Below, one piece after another: positions 1 through 12,488 of a stretch of DNA of 64,000 nucleotides. The stretch spans positions 258,397-322,396 of the forward strand of contig NMRA01000033.1 of the NCBI GenBank assembly GCA_002633005.1, written 5' to 3'. Within the stretch, counting starts at the first letter, position 1. Every line of letters starts with the position of its first letter. This stretch comes from Phoronis australis (taxonomy: Eukaryota > Animalia > Phoronida). The notes below the pieces were generated by a model. The model made no database searches and was not told the DNA's origin. It worked only from the letters and a program-made list of their open reading frames with translations. Position numbers and translations under genes: made by a program.

Positions 1-185
1 TCCGGTCGACCATGATTCCGGCACGCACGGCATTGGCTACGCTGCGGAACTTGGGTCGACTGCCGGGGCCGCCACGTACATTACTCATGGAGCGCGTGAA
101 GGTGGATGCCAGCCAATCACGCACCTCACTCGGTACCGCGTCTGGCTCCACTTCGCTAAGTTCATCGTCCTCGTCGCACAGCCGC
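1..185 (-). CDS. PDE1: PDE1 exon: autoinhibitory region and second calmodulin-binding domain (runs off the window edge)
   Basis: Acceptor tgcag| at 190-186. Translation is (R)RLCDEDDELSEVEPDAVPSEVRDWLASTFTRSMSNVRGGPGSRPKFRSVANAVRAGIMVDR, matching the PDE1 N-terminal signature (vertebrate RRLLDTEDELS...VPSEVRDWLASTFTR...KPKFRSIVHAVQAGIFVER). Phase-2 start. Confidence 0.96.
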
Positions 186-636
186 CTGCAAGATGGCCGA
201 TGTGATGAAAATGTCATGTACATGTAGTAATAAATAACAATACATCCTGATATAAAAATGATCTTAAAAAAAAGATTGGTGACAATACACACAGATAAAT
301 TATTGTTAAAGCTACATTTCACTTGGTTTAGCTTCAGGCTTCACAAAACAAAAATCGAATTTGGCTTTTACTCCCATAAAATTGGTCCCATAATTTCCCT
401 TACACTGTTAGGTTTTCATTTCCGTTAAACCAACTCAAGTAAAAGACAGTGCTGCATCATTTTCAAATCTGTAATTTTAGGTTTGACCAACCCCTGAAGC
501 CGTTTTCAAGAGTCGCGTTGGAAAAAGAATCCTATCACACTAAGGATTATGAGTTTAATGAGAGTAAAATGCTCAATTTTATTTTTATACTTAGCTAAGC
601 AGGGTGAAATTCAAAAGACCCAGAAATGAATAATTA

Positions 637-737
637 TAGTCCCCTTACAGGGGTGCCACATATTGAGAACCAATTTCTCCATTGAGTAACTGGCATCAAA
701 TTGGTTCTCAAAATCCAGGGACCCCTGTAAGTGACTT
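637..737. mobile_element. ~100-bp palindromic MITE-like element (related copies at ~13260-13322 and ~35963-36052)
   Basis: Arms gtccccttacaggggt..ttgagaaccaattt / aaattggttctcaa..acccctgtaagtgac, with the same core seen at two other loci. Confidence 0.7.
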
Positions 738-1280
738 ATTGACCTGGAGTGGATACTTACTAAAAGATAACATCGACTGATTTAAACAAGGACAATACAT
801 AGACACAAGAAAATAAATTTTTCCATCCAAAAAACATTAGAAATACGTGCAGAAATTTAGAGTTTATCAGTAAGTAAATGTGATGTGGGGCACTGTTACG
901 ACAGTTGAGATATGTTCAAGAAATATAATGGAAAAGCTATGCATATGACTGGATTGGTTTTTAATTTTCTGTTATTGCCTAGTTTATAGCTGAACTTGGG
1001 ATTGAATTTTTCATTAAAGTTTAACAGACATTTTGCGCACAATAAAATGCTTTTGCTAAAGAGAACCAAGTGGACCAACATGAGGGCCTGTTTCACTAAA
1101 CTGTAGTATATTACTTAAATGACATTGGTTTCTACAGGCTAAACGTAGAGTTACAACCAGTCATAATTTTTGGAGGAAGTCTCTGTTTAGATACTGTGTA
1201 AAATTCTTTGAAGGTTTAGACTTACTCGTGAAATCACATCAGTTTTTGGCTATAATAGAATCAAAAAACGGACAATTGCA

Positions 1281-1380
1281 GCACAAATGAAAAAGTTCAT
1301 ATCGATTTAACGTTTCCTCTATTCATTAGACATCATCAATAGACGAAACGTTGAATCAATGTGAACTTTTTCATTTGTGC
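1281..1380. repeat. 100-bp inverted repeat (43-bp arms, 4 mismatches, 14-nt loop)
   Basis: GCACAAATGAAAAAGTTCATATCGATTTAACGTTTCCTCTATT ... AATAGACGAAACGTTGAATCAATGTGAACTTTTTCATTTGTGC. Confidence 0.9.
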
Positions 1381-2225
1381 AGCGTTACTTATCAAGGGTT
1401 AACAACTTGATTTTGGTGGGCCAAAATTTTAGAAGGATTTGTTACAATTAGGGGATCAGGTGTAAAATGAAAAATTGTCAGCAACAACATAGATGCCAGG
1501 CAGTGCATTTAAAAGGGAATCAGGGGCTTATGGGAAACCCAACTTTTGTTTTAGGCAACTTAATGGTCTCACCATCTTGTTCCTTGATTTCTTGGCTTCA
1601 TTAGCAAAGAACTAACAGGTCTTTACTGATTCAGACAATGCTCATAAAGTTTGCTTGTCACAGCTAGTTTATTTCAGCCTCGGACACACTCTGAACAATG
1701 GTTATCGGGAGAATTACAAGGCTCAGAATCTAATCTCCGATTTCAGACTTGAATGATAGACTTGAAACTTAACCAATCACGGCACATGATTCGAGTAACA
1801 ACTTGTACATTTACTTGAAGCACGCTATATGCTTGGTTAATTTTACAGTTGAGTTTGGAATACAGAGATTATATCGCGGGCCCAGGTGTTTTAATATTTA
1901 TTGCAATCAAATTGAATTGGATGAAAAGGATAATAAATGAAAGATGTAGCATTGGAAGAACAAATGCATCAGTAAGGATTTTGACACCAGAACAGGGATT
2001 AAAAATGCTTCAACCTAGCTGGATAAAAATTAATGTGAAACTGAGCTTCTGTTTAAAGCCGTAACAACTGAAGCAGAAAAATAACAGTTAAAGATTACCT
2101 GAATTTTGAGAGAAATCATGGCACTTACACTTTTTTGTGAAGCAATTAGCGAAGCTGAGACACAAAATATTCTCTTTCAAATTTTTTAAAAGAAACTATA
2201 GTATGTTACCGCCACCACATATGAG

Positions 2226-2285
2226 CACACACACACACACGCTCACACACACACATACACACACACACACACGCACGCACACACA
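2226..2285. repeat. (CA)n microsatellite
   Basis: Interrupted cacaca run. Confidence 0.95.
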
Positions 2286-2816
2286 AGCATGCAGTTAGCC
2301 ATAGACTAAAATTTACTAGACAGCTGCAAACACATGCAGTAACAGACACCTGGCAAATATCTAGCATTATCAGTCATATTCAAGTTGACATGCTAGTCTT
2401 CAAGATGACATTACAGCAGAAGAGGAGTTAGTGTAGTGATCTACTTAATAGAAAGCATCTGAAATGTCCATAAAAAGATCAACATTCACAACAATTAATA
2501 AGATGCTGCCTTTGAATACATTAAAAGACATAAAATACTTTCTTTTCCATATTAAAGTAATGTTTGGCAATGTTGACACTGTTTCAGGTCAGAGCCAAAA
2601 TCAAACAACCGAACTAAAACATACCATTTTTAACGAGTTTTGTATGATAGAACTGGCGATATACTCAGCAAACTAAAACATCGAAACTTCCATTTGGACA
2701 AAACTGATGCCAAAAATGACAACAGTAAAGATTTTTCAAAATGGCTACTTCCAATTGTGATAGCCGAAGTTACTTATTTGATTCAGAAGGTGTTGCAGGA
2801 CAAATGGAGGACTTAC

Positions 2817-2845
2817 AGACGATACAAGGCCAGGTAGTATTCCAT
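2817..2845 (-). CDS. PDE1: Candidate alternative first coding exon MEYYLALYRL (short PDE1 isoform)
   Basis: Near-ideal Kozak gcccgccATGg, 29 coding nt, then the donor CT|gtaagt. Phase 2, in frame with the exon at 185. Confidence 0.55.
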
Positions 2846-4004
2846 GGCGGGCCCATGGCATGGTAATTCTACCACGTTTAAAGGCAGCAAACATGTTTCA
2901 TCTCAGTTTCAATTTGCAGGTTTCTGGGACTTAGAAAGCACACGCAGTGTTGCCTCAAAAGGACTCAGTTAAGAACTAATTTGAAACTAATGTTACAGAC
3001 TAGGGGGAAGCTAAATCCCGAAACTGAGTTCTCTCCAAATAAGACAATTTTAAGTTATTGAAGTGTGCAACAAAAGGGAGTCTAAAATCTCACAGCAAAG
3101 CCTTCTCCTGAGACCAAAGGAGCTATTTTGTGTCATGCAACCTCTGGATTATAGTATTGTGCTAGATTCCTTTACATGCAGTTTCCCCCAGCACAATTAT
3201 AATAGACAAGGGGACACACAAGACAGCATACTAGGCGAGATGCGTACTTCTCCGAGGAAGGATGGGGCAGTAAAATTCAGTGCTGAAGACAGCTGAGGCT
3301 AATCTCAGTTAAAGCATGGTTTCTTGTCTCAGGAAAACACTTGGCACTGCTACCATTATGCTGCGTATGCATGATAGGTAGCATTGTCGCATGTAGCGCC
3401 ATTACTAACTAATGTCTAAATACACAAAAAAGCACTGTTGAGTCGCAAGTTAGTAAGGCAAGCGTTAGACCCAAGGGGATAGGATGTTATCACTCGTAAT
3501 GACCTGCTTCGCCCGTAAATTGGAAACTGCCTTTTCGTTGTGGGGACTCTCAGGTATTTTTTTTGCTTTGGAATTTCGTCGTCGCTACTTGTCCCGCTGT
3601 TAATGAAACAATAACAATAGTCATGTAACAACAATAGGCTTCAGAGAAGCTGGAGTCAGTCACAGACAGACAGGTTCCCGCTTCCACGTATTATATGCAA
3701 TTGAGTGAAGCTTGTAACGTGGTGAATCTTGTAGTCAGCATTTATAAGCACACTGAGCAAAGTTTAACTTTCCAGGCCTGAGGCCAGAGGGTGAGGGATT
3801 GATTCCTGGCTCAGGGTGAAGGGGGTTGGTTGGAATGGCATGGAGTCCGGTGACAGCACGACAACTGGAGAATCCGTACTTCCTTTTTGAATACCTGGCA
3901 ACTGGCTGAAGACTTTTTAAAAGGCACAATACAGTTAATTCTATGTGTTGGAGAACATGTTTGTTTATCAATACTGTTTAGTTTACGTTGATTAGAGATC
4001 AAAC

Positions 4005-4637
4005 CACAGGCGGATTTAGGGAGGTGGAGGGTACCTGCAACCGTTCCAGCTGCCAACGCAGTAAAAACTACAAAAAGTCAGGGAATATTCATCTTTCATT
4101 CAGTCATTGGTATACACTATTAGAGACCCCAGTTTTCCATTTTTAAAAACAGAGAAATCTGTTTAATGAAACTCTTGTTTTTTTTCATTTTATAAGTTAA
4201 CAAATTGCATTTTATTATTCCAGAGCTATAAATAACACAGAAATGATCGAAGGAATTGCCTTGCTTTTCAGCTGAATTATGCTACAAGTCATAATTGTTG
4301 CTCAAAACCGAAAAAAATGACAGCGGCATGTTCAAAAAGAATGAACAACTACTTGGATGATGTCTGCTAAAAACCACCAGAATATGTTGAATTTGAAGGA
4401 TATTCCAACGTATATAAGAACTACAGCATTAGCTTCTGCAATACGTAAATTTGGTTCAAAATCTCTTACACGAGAGAAGTTAGATTAAATTCTACCTCTT
4501 TTCCATTAACGCTGGAAAACGAGGGTCCATTATAGGCAATCCTTGGCAAACAAAGATTTGACAGAAAAACATCTTTACCCGTCTGTTGCCTTGGGTTGAA
4601 CGTTGGGCCCCCTCAACGTAACCTAGATCCGCCTCTG
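4005..4637. mobile_element. hAT-like MITE, degenerate
   Basis: TIRs CACAGGCGGATTTAGG ... CCTAGATCCGCCTCTG. No intact 8-bp TSD is visible. Confidence 0.55.
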
Positions 4638-6443
4638 CAGACGTCTTTTTATCATGAACAGACATCATCATTTGTTTCTCAACAACTTGAAAGTTCGAGA
4701 AAAGTTGGCAAATATTTCAGAAATGTGGTCAAAATACATATGAGAAACACCAAATGTTAATTACACGTACGATGCTGACAGTGACTTAAATATGCACATA
4801 ATCGTGCTTATATGACAAACACTGGGACAAAAACTTGTATACAAGAATAGATATATTATTAAAGTAACCCTACTCTGGAAAACATTACCTTACAACGATA
4901 ATGAGGACAAACACTACATTGAACAATAAAACAACATCGTTTCCCTCAAACACGACAAGTCGCTTAAATTCTACAGAGATTTAGAGGAGATAGAAAGACC
5001 GATAATTTCTCCAGAACACTGTTCCTCTTTAAAATTTCCCAATACATTAAGTCGGACATAACTTAAAACCTAAAAAATCTAGAAGTTTTTAAATAATTTC
5101 TTATAAAATATTTCAATTTTCCAAAAAAAATATTTTTTTCTTAATAATGCATTTTCTTAAAAAAAATCTCATGGTTCCTACTAACTTCCTAATGCTTTTG
5201 TTCGAAACAACAAGACATTCAAGCTTAAAACTATCAGAGCTTGCTGTTTTGTACTTTGTTTTTTAACACTTGAGAAGTACACAATAATCAGTCACAATTC
5301 CATATAAAAATTAAGTTTTCATAAACTTAAATAATAACCCAGGCACAGATTTGAAATCCATTTTATTAAATTTCAAATTGTATTTTTTCATAAAAAGTAA
5401 TTGATTTCAGATGGCTGAGAAATAAGTTCAAGCACAATACCAATATTGTGAAAATATGAGCTTGTACAGACACGTTTAAAGTTTTGCAGTCTTTGCAATT
5501 CTAATTTTTCTCAACTGTTGCTGAAAATCTGTGCAGGCAATGCTTCAGTTTGTACACAACAGCAATTTGAGCCATTTTCAATGTTTTCCTAACCCAAAAC
5601 CAATATGGCTACCTATCCAACCCTACTGTTAATTTTAATACAAGTTCTTAGTATAGTAGTGGTGTGATAATTGCTCAGTTTGTTGTTTAACCTTAGGTGT
5701 TATCCTGGATTCTTTAGTGTTAGGTACCAATCACTAGTGCTATATTCACTGTATTCTGAAGATTTCGTAATAAACATTTAAAAAAAAAATCACTAGTACT
5801 AGGCAGTGGTACATGGCAAACGAATCCTTCAGAGATGAGATGAAGTCATTTCACAACTCTCACATCAACTTCATTTTTATCATAAAAATGTAAATAAAGA
5901 ATCGAAGAATAACACAATAAAACACCAGCATGAGCAAAAATCCAGAATTCAGTATTAACACCCTCCTTAAAACTTCTCCCAAAGGTTACTATGGAAATTG
6001 AGAGAAGGAACTGTCCTCTTGGGAAAAGCTGATTTTTCTAAAGGCTTTTCTGGTGAGCAAAGTGACACACCTCTCAAAGAGTATTAAGAAACTTTGTCAC
6101 CTCAATCAGGACACTGCATGTTGACTAACAACACAAAAGTGAAAAAAAACAACAGACAAGGGGCAGGACAAACCAGTCATCAGGCAGGACTAATCTCGGC
6201 TAATTGCCTTCTCCACACTTTCTGCTAGTAAGGAGTACTCTTCATACTCCAGAAATACATGGACTACAAGTTATCCTAACTGGGCACATGTAATTCATAG
6301 GGGTAAAGCTTTTCTCGAGCAGATTTTTGTTATTCTGAATGTGATTGGGACTACGCGGAGAGTCTTGGTAATGCTTTAGTAAAACAAGAAAACGTGGAGT
6401 AAACGCTCAAATGCAAGCATGTCAAATGAAACACGAAGCAGAC

Positions 6444-6464
6444 CTTTCGCACCATATTGCGTGA
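6444..6464 (-). CDS. Weak candidate 21-nt cassette microexon (SHAIWCER)
   Basis: cttaatttgccattttctcgcag|TCACGCAATATGGTGCGAAAG|gtctgc. Frame-preserving and stop-free in phase 2; the donor is weak. Confidence 0.25.
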
Positions 6465-6852
6465 CTGCGAGAAAATGGCAAATTAAGCACAGCCCACAGC
6501 GGTAGAAGTATGTACCGTGTGTGCAGAAGCTACATACCGAGTACAATGAATAGAACGCTAATATGTGCATATAGTTGTGGGTACATTGTTCGACATTATA
6601 ACTGGAGATTTTACAGGGATGAAAAAACCAAAGTCTAGCAATAAGCCAAACCATTCGTTATATTTGACAAACTATGACCTCACTGTGGTCAGGTGACACT
6701 TTTAACATTAAGTGTAGAGCTAACTTTACACAGCATTGCTTTATGAGGTAGGCTTTGATGCCTACAAACATTTTTGAAGTAGGCTCGAGTTATTCAACAG
6801 GCTGTGAGTTGACAGACACCATGGAACAGCTAACACTGGAGGCAGCTCTTTG

Positions 6853-8430
6853 AAGAGCAACGCAGAGCATAAAATGTGCCCGCGACAGCGTCGCAAACGG
6901 TGTACTCCTATGGGTGTTTGAGTATCATAAAAAATGGCCATTAGATGGCGCAGAATTCATCAAACTCATCCAAACTGAGGACTGGCGTCGTGTCTGTAAA
7001 ACAAAACTGTGCCAAATTTCATGAGAATAAGTCAAAGATATAGAGGCAAACATAAAAAGCAATTCACACTAGGGTGTACAGCTATGGTCCGATTGGTCTG
7101 AAACTCATTGTCATTTGTTGCCATCATGATAGAAGCCTATATGCTAAACTTCACCAAGATCTGTCAACGCCTTAAGGTGATACAGCTGTTGATGCAAAAA
7201 AGCAAAATTGCCTCTTAAGGGGTGCCAGAATAGCCATAAACATCCAAAACTCAACATCAGCCAAAGTCTTTGCATCAGGAACACAACCGTCAATTTTCAT
7301 AGTCGTACTTTGAGTGGTTTGGCAAATAGGGAGTCAGACGTCAAAAACATACGTGAAAATTTTTATATGGCCACCAGGTGGCACAGAAAACATCAAATCT
7401 GTCTGCAAATGGGAAGGAATTGTCGTCTCCTTAGTAGAAACCTATTTTCCAAATTTCATGGAAACTCTTCATGAACTCCAAAGATACAGAGGTAAACGTA
7501 AAAAACATTTTGCTACTAGGGGGCAGTGGTGTTTGGATTAGTCCGACATTTGTTACCATTTGTTGTCGGGTTCCATGGGAACACATATTTCAAATTTCAC
7601 AAAGCTCCTTCAAAGGGTTAAGGAGATTTGACTTCAGACGCAAAAAAACAAAATCACCACAAGGGGGTGACACAGTAGTCCGACTCCTCCGAAAACCAAC
7701 TTCAGGCGTGGCCTTCTCATCAGGAATACAACTGTAAATTCTCACGATTTTTAGGCGGTATGGCAGATAGAGAGGTGGACGCCAGAAAAGGGATATAAAA
7801 CTAACGAAAATGGCCACCAGGTGGCACAGAAAAATCAAATCTGTCTAAAATTGGAAGGCATTGTTGTCTCCTTAGTAGAAACCTATTTGCCGAATTCCAT
7901 GAAAATACATCAGTGATATCCGAAGATACAGAAGCAAATGTAAAAAAATACATTTTGCAAAATCGCCACTAGGAGGCGACACAGTGATCAGACCCATCCA
8001 TGAATCAAAGTCAGTCATGGCCTTCTCATCAGCAAACTGAAAATTTTTATAATGATCCTTTGAGCGGTATGGCAAATAGAGAGGCAGACGCAAAAATATC
8101 CACAAGATGGCGTAAAATTTGTTGAATCCATTCAAAAATAAAATGGCAACATCGGCACCCATATTAAAAACCTATTTACCGAATTTCAGGAAAATTCGCC
8201 AAGGAACTTCAAAGATAGTGACAAATGTAAAAAACTAAAATTGCCACTAGGGGGCACAGGGGTATTTGAGTCGGTCTGAAACTCGTTGTCATCTGTCGTC
8301 AGCCACATAGGAACACACCTGCCACATCCTGCCGCGTTCTGCAAATACAGCCACAGATATGGGACACAGGACGCTCGAACAGATATGACAGCAATGTGAG
8401 CACACACATAAATATGAGGGCGCACAAAAA
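6853..8430. mobile_element. Helentron/HINE-like non-autonomous element with internal diverged tandem repeats
   Basis: Recurrent ccaaatttcatg...gatacag units. A ~443-bp period is visible (7368 vs 7811 tggccaccaggtggcacagaaaa). Short subterminal inverted motifs tgtgcccgc / gggcgcaca, and A-rich ends. Family assignment is inference. Confidence 0.6.
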
Positions 8431-9361
8431 TGGGATGTTTTACCTCAAAGTCTCAAAAACAACCGCAATTCCATTCGATTTTGTTTTATTTAAACAGGAA
8501 AAGCAAGATAAAACATGTAACATCCATGGACAAAAATACAGAAGAAGTGAAAGACAAATACAGACATCCGGGTGAAGATTTTACCTGGATTACAAACTCA
8601 AAGCGTGTAAAACGTGGCAAAATGTGTGATCTGAGAAAAAAATGTGTCATCCATGTAAAAAGCATGTAATTCGTGTAAAGAAACTGCCACGCTAGAGGGT
8701 AAACCGTGGTAACCATGTAAAAATGTGACACACACCAGCCTGTAAACTGTGGGATGTGACGTCAATCACTTGAGTGAGTTTCTGTGCTATAAACAGCCAG
8801 CAAGTTTTCATGCAGACATCGTCTACTCACTTACTATTGCCTGTTTTACCAAGACTATTCTTTCAAGTGATTTTATTAATATTGTTCTCCAGAGTATTTC
8901 AATCGTGTTTTGTTTTCTCTGTTATTGTTCATACACATGAAACTCGAGACGGTGACGTTCAGGTTTAGTGATAACACACAAAAGTTAAACAAGATTATCT
9001 CACACCAACTTAAAAGGTAAAAAACAACACTTAACATAAGGATTCAACGGATAATATTCCATAACGCAAAAAGGCCGTGATACAGTCTCAAGCAATTCAG
9101 GGACTTTTAAACTGAAAACGCTTTAATCAGTAGGCTACACCATCAACAAATGGAAAAAAGGGAAAATGTCTGGATTCATTTAAGGCTTGACAGACGCAAA
9201 GATTTGCGGTTTTCTTAAGAATATCCACCGTCCCCAGGTGTGCTGGCTACTTGAGACAGTATGTCATGAAAAAATTGTGTTATGCACTACTAATACAACA
9301 TAGACATGCAAATATCCCGTAATCACGTAAGAACTATAGCCCTGTGGGCCGCTGTACATAC

Positions 9362-9475
9362 CTAGTCTCATCAATGTACACTGTTTCAAGTACAGACGAA
9401 GCGTACTTGATGTTCTTAATGAGATCTTCTTTATTGATATCATCATTTTCTAACCTTTTTAGAATATGATTTAGC
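9362..9475 (-). CDS. PDE1: PDE1 exon (114 nt), N-terminal region following the first CaM-binding segment
   Basis: ttcag|G...ACTAG|gtatgt. Encodes (R)LNHILKRLENDDINKEDLIKNIKYASSVLETVYIDETR, homologous to vertebrate LRCLVKQLERG...LKKNLEYAASVLEAVYIDETR. Phase 2-2, joins the exon at 185 in frame. Confidence 0.95.
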
Positions 9476-11485
9476 CTGAAACAAGATTGAAATGTAAAAT
9501 AAGTCACAAAGAAAGTGGGAAAGAGAAATAAGCAAACAAAAATCTTTTTGACAAAGCTTCAAAACTGGTGATGAATTTCTCATGCTGTGCCCGAAAAATT
9601 CGAAAGCAAAAATCGAAGCGAGAATTTCAACTATCGACTGCCAATTTTCAGTCCGCTCAGGATGGTTACAGCCATACAAAAGTCATGTTTGAATTTTGTG
9701 ACAAACTTCAACAAAAAGATTGATACATTGCTTTGAGACCTTCTACAGGCCCACAGTCACAAGGGATGATGTATTTTCACTACCCCTGGTGGATCAACCT
9801 ACCTCCCTGCTTGAGGAATTTTGGAAGTACGTGTAACGTTTTTGTTAACTATGCAATATTGTAATGGCTGCTTCCATGTGATCCGTCACTGCCAATTTTC
9901 ATAGTCAATGTGACAACTGTCCTATGTGGTCACATGACCAGTTGTTATTTCACATATAGTCCATAGGTGGTGCTCGCACTGGTCGCTTGCTATTAAGTCA
10001 TCATTTTAATGCAGGGAAACTTGCATTATGCACTATGAGTTGGAATGCTGAAACCAAGAATTGGCAAAAAGGGCAAATATCAGTAATGGATGGCTGGGAT
10101 GGATGTGCTTCCCTTGTTAATCAACTCAAGAGTGCCCGACATTTTGAAAAGTAGGTCAGTCACGTAATGTATTTTTCTACCTGCACTCAAGAAGAGAGTT
10201 CAAGTGAGGATAAGTCTATTGCATTTGAAACCTAGTGACAATAAACCACTGATTTCAACATATTGCTGTACCAAGCCAAGTGGACAAAAACTCCTCACAA
10301 AGAGAAGGGGTTAAGATTTATGCTCTGTAATTGTGTTCTTGTATCCTGCTAATTGGCCTGTATACAACTTTGCTCCTGAAAACTGACCCTTACTACATAT
10401 TTTGGTTGAGAAATACGATATAATTAAATCTGATCACTTTTCTCCATATACTCACAGTAAGCTAAATAAGTGCATAACTGTATGTAATCGTGACACTTTT
10501 GACAAAAAAGTCAGTAGTAAAAAAAATAATCTAAAATACCAACCTCTGAGCAACCTTAAATATATAGAAAGACATGTTCTGTTATAGGTGGTAAAACTTT
10601 GCAGCAGCGATTAATGTTATTTCCAACAACAAGATTAAAACAAAAAATCAGCAGCAGAATGTGCCATACTGGTATTTGACGTTACACTTGTGATACTGGT
10701 GTATTTTTGGCGAACTTTTGTTAAAACAAAGTTGAATGGGAAGAGGCCCAATTTGGATTCACTCCAGTACAGACTTATACATAAAGAGTTTTGCAGGAAA
10801 CTGGAATAATCACGCATTTTTTCTAATTGGTTAAGATGAGTCCTGATACTGGTCAATGAGAATACCAATGGAAGCAAATTGTTTACAACATTCATACCAA
10901 GAAGTGCTTAAGTTTTGCAAGTCACCGTCATTGTTGGATATTTAGCAGTTTTGGGTAGAGAAAACACCAGCTAAATTGTTTTAAGTACGAATTTGGAAGT
11001 CTTTTCATTTTCATGTAAGAGTCCAGATATCACATCCTCTAAGAAAACATTAAAACAGATTTTAAAATGTTTCAAAATCTTCTGTCAACTAGAAAGTTCT
11101 ATAACAATAGTTTTTCATTGGCAACAGCTAAATACTGCAACGGTGCAAAACAGACCAAGGGCACGATGAACAGCACACACAGCGTAGGGTGTTTAATTTA
11201 ACAGCTGACAATTGCCCACAGTGAAGCAAAAATATGACAAGTTTTCATGTTTTCTACTGTATTGCTTGTATTAATAGATCCGTGTGCCTGTTTGTATATG
11301 ATGTCACGCTGTGCCTATATCTGGAAATAGGCACGTGAAACACTTGAGAATAAAACGGGTAAATTTCAAATTCATTGTGTGTTTCAAAATTCAGGCTAGC
11401 AAAGTGTATTCAGACCTTGTACCAGGCTAGCTAGAAATTAGTAACATAAAATGAGCATCAGGGTAGACGGCAATGACGGCCTTAC

Positions 11486-11645
11486 CTGATGGAGCATAGA
11501 TGAGGTGCCTCAAAAGCATCAACCGGTGGTAGCTTGTCGATGCCCAGGTCTACTTGTGCATAGCTGCTCGCTTCTGTACTTATCTCCCCTTGCTGTAGCG
11601 CCTTCCGCGAATTGGCCCGCTTAAACAGCGTAACCGAGTTGGTTT
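11486..11645 (-). CDS. PDE1: PDE1 exon (160 nt)
   Basis: tttttcgcacccag|AA...ATCAG|gtaag. Encodes TNSVTLFKRANSRKALQQGEISTEASSYAQVDLGIDKLPPVDAFEAPHLCSIR. The phase-2 donor fits the exon at 9475, and LPPVD...IR|L resembles the invertebrate PDE1 segment before the LxxILKRL helix. Confidence 0.85.
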
Positions 11646-12422
11646 CTGGGTGCGAAAAACATGACAACTCAAACAGCTGAAATCCACCGGCAATGGAGTG
11701 ACTCACTATTCACTAGGTGGCGCAAGTGAATAAAGGTGTTTTTAAAATCTGATGAAAGCAGTGCATCACCATACAATCATATCGCTAACAAATTGTCTCA
11801 CAAGCGCCACTTAGTGAATTTCAAGTTGTACATTGCCAAGGTCACTAACAGCAAAACCTTCATTCTTGTCACCTGTTGGCTAGAAACGTTCATATGCTCA
11901 GTGAAAATCGCCCGCTCGCCATCCAATGATTACGTGACATATATCATCAGCAACATTTCCAAAACCCGGTACATTAGTACATTTCAAAATTACAATTGAG
12001 TAAATTAAGGAACTTCACAGAATTCTTAATCCAAGAGTGCCAATACAGCATGACCAACTTAAAGCCATTATCTTCCAATCAACGAGCAGTAAAAATAAAA
12101 AAAATAGTGAAACCTATAAAACAGTAATTTCCGTTAATTGTTACAACGGTAAAATCTCGCAAATTCAGGAAACAATATGGCCGACCACTGAATTTTTATT
12201 TCTCCATTTTTTACAGGAGATTATTGGCACACAATTAATACTGTAGCATTTTCAAGTCCTATACCACACATGTCAGGGGCTACCCATAAGACACTGTTTT
12301 GAGAACTTGTTGGGATTTACAACACTGTCGGAAGGCTTTGAAAAACAAAAAGATAAAAGTAATATAGCATTTGTGATAGTTTAGCACTGAATGTTTACAG
12401 GATCCTTGGAGAATCTACTCAC

Positions 12423-12488
12423 TTCTGAGCTGGCCATTCTTGGAACCAATAACAGAGTCATCTTTGGAGGTTTCTGGCGGGTTTGCAA
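12423..12488 (-). CDS. PDE1: Probable PDE1 exon (66 nt)
   Basis: gtttgattacag|TT...AGAA|gtgagt. Open frame ANPPETSKDDSVIGSKNGQLR. Phase 1-1, joins the acceptor at 11645 in frame. Confidence 0.75.

Noticed and set aside
12-227. + strand 71-aa ORF
   Set aside because: It is the antisense shadow of the PDE1 exon.
2099-2119. gccATG...CAG|gtaatc mini-exon
   Set aside because: Phase 0, incompatible with the phase-2 acceptor at 185.
10456-10475. Possible first exon MHLFSLL|gtgagt in phase with the 9475 exon
   Set aside because: Weak start context in very AT-rich sequence, so it cannot be distinguished from chance without RNA data.
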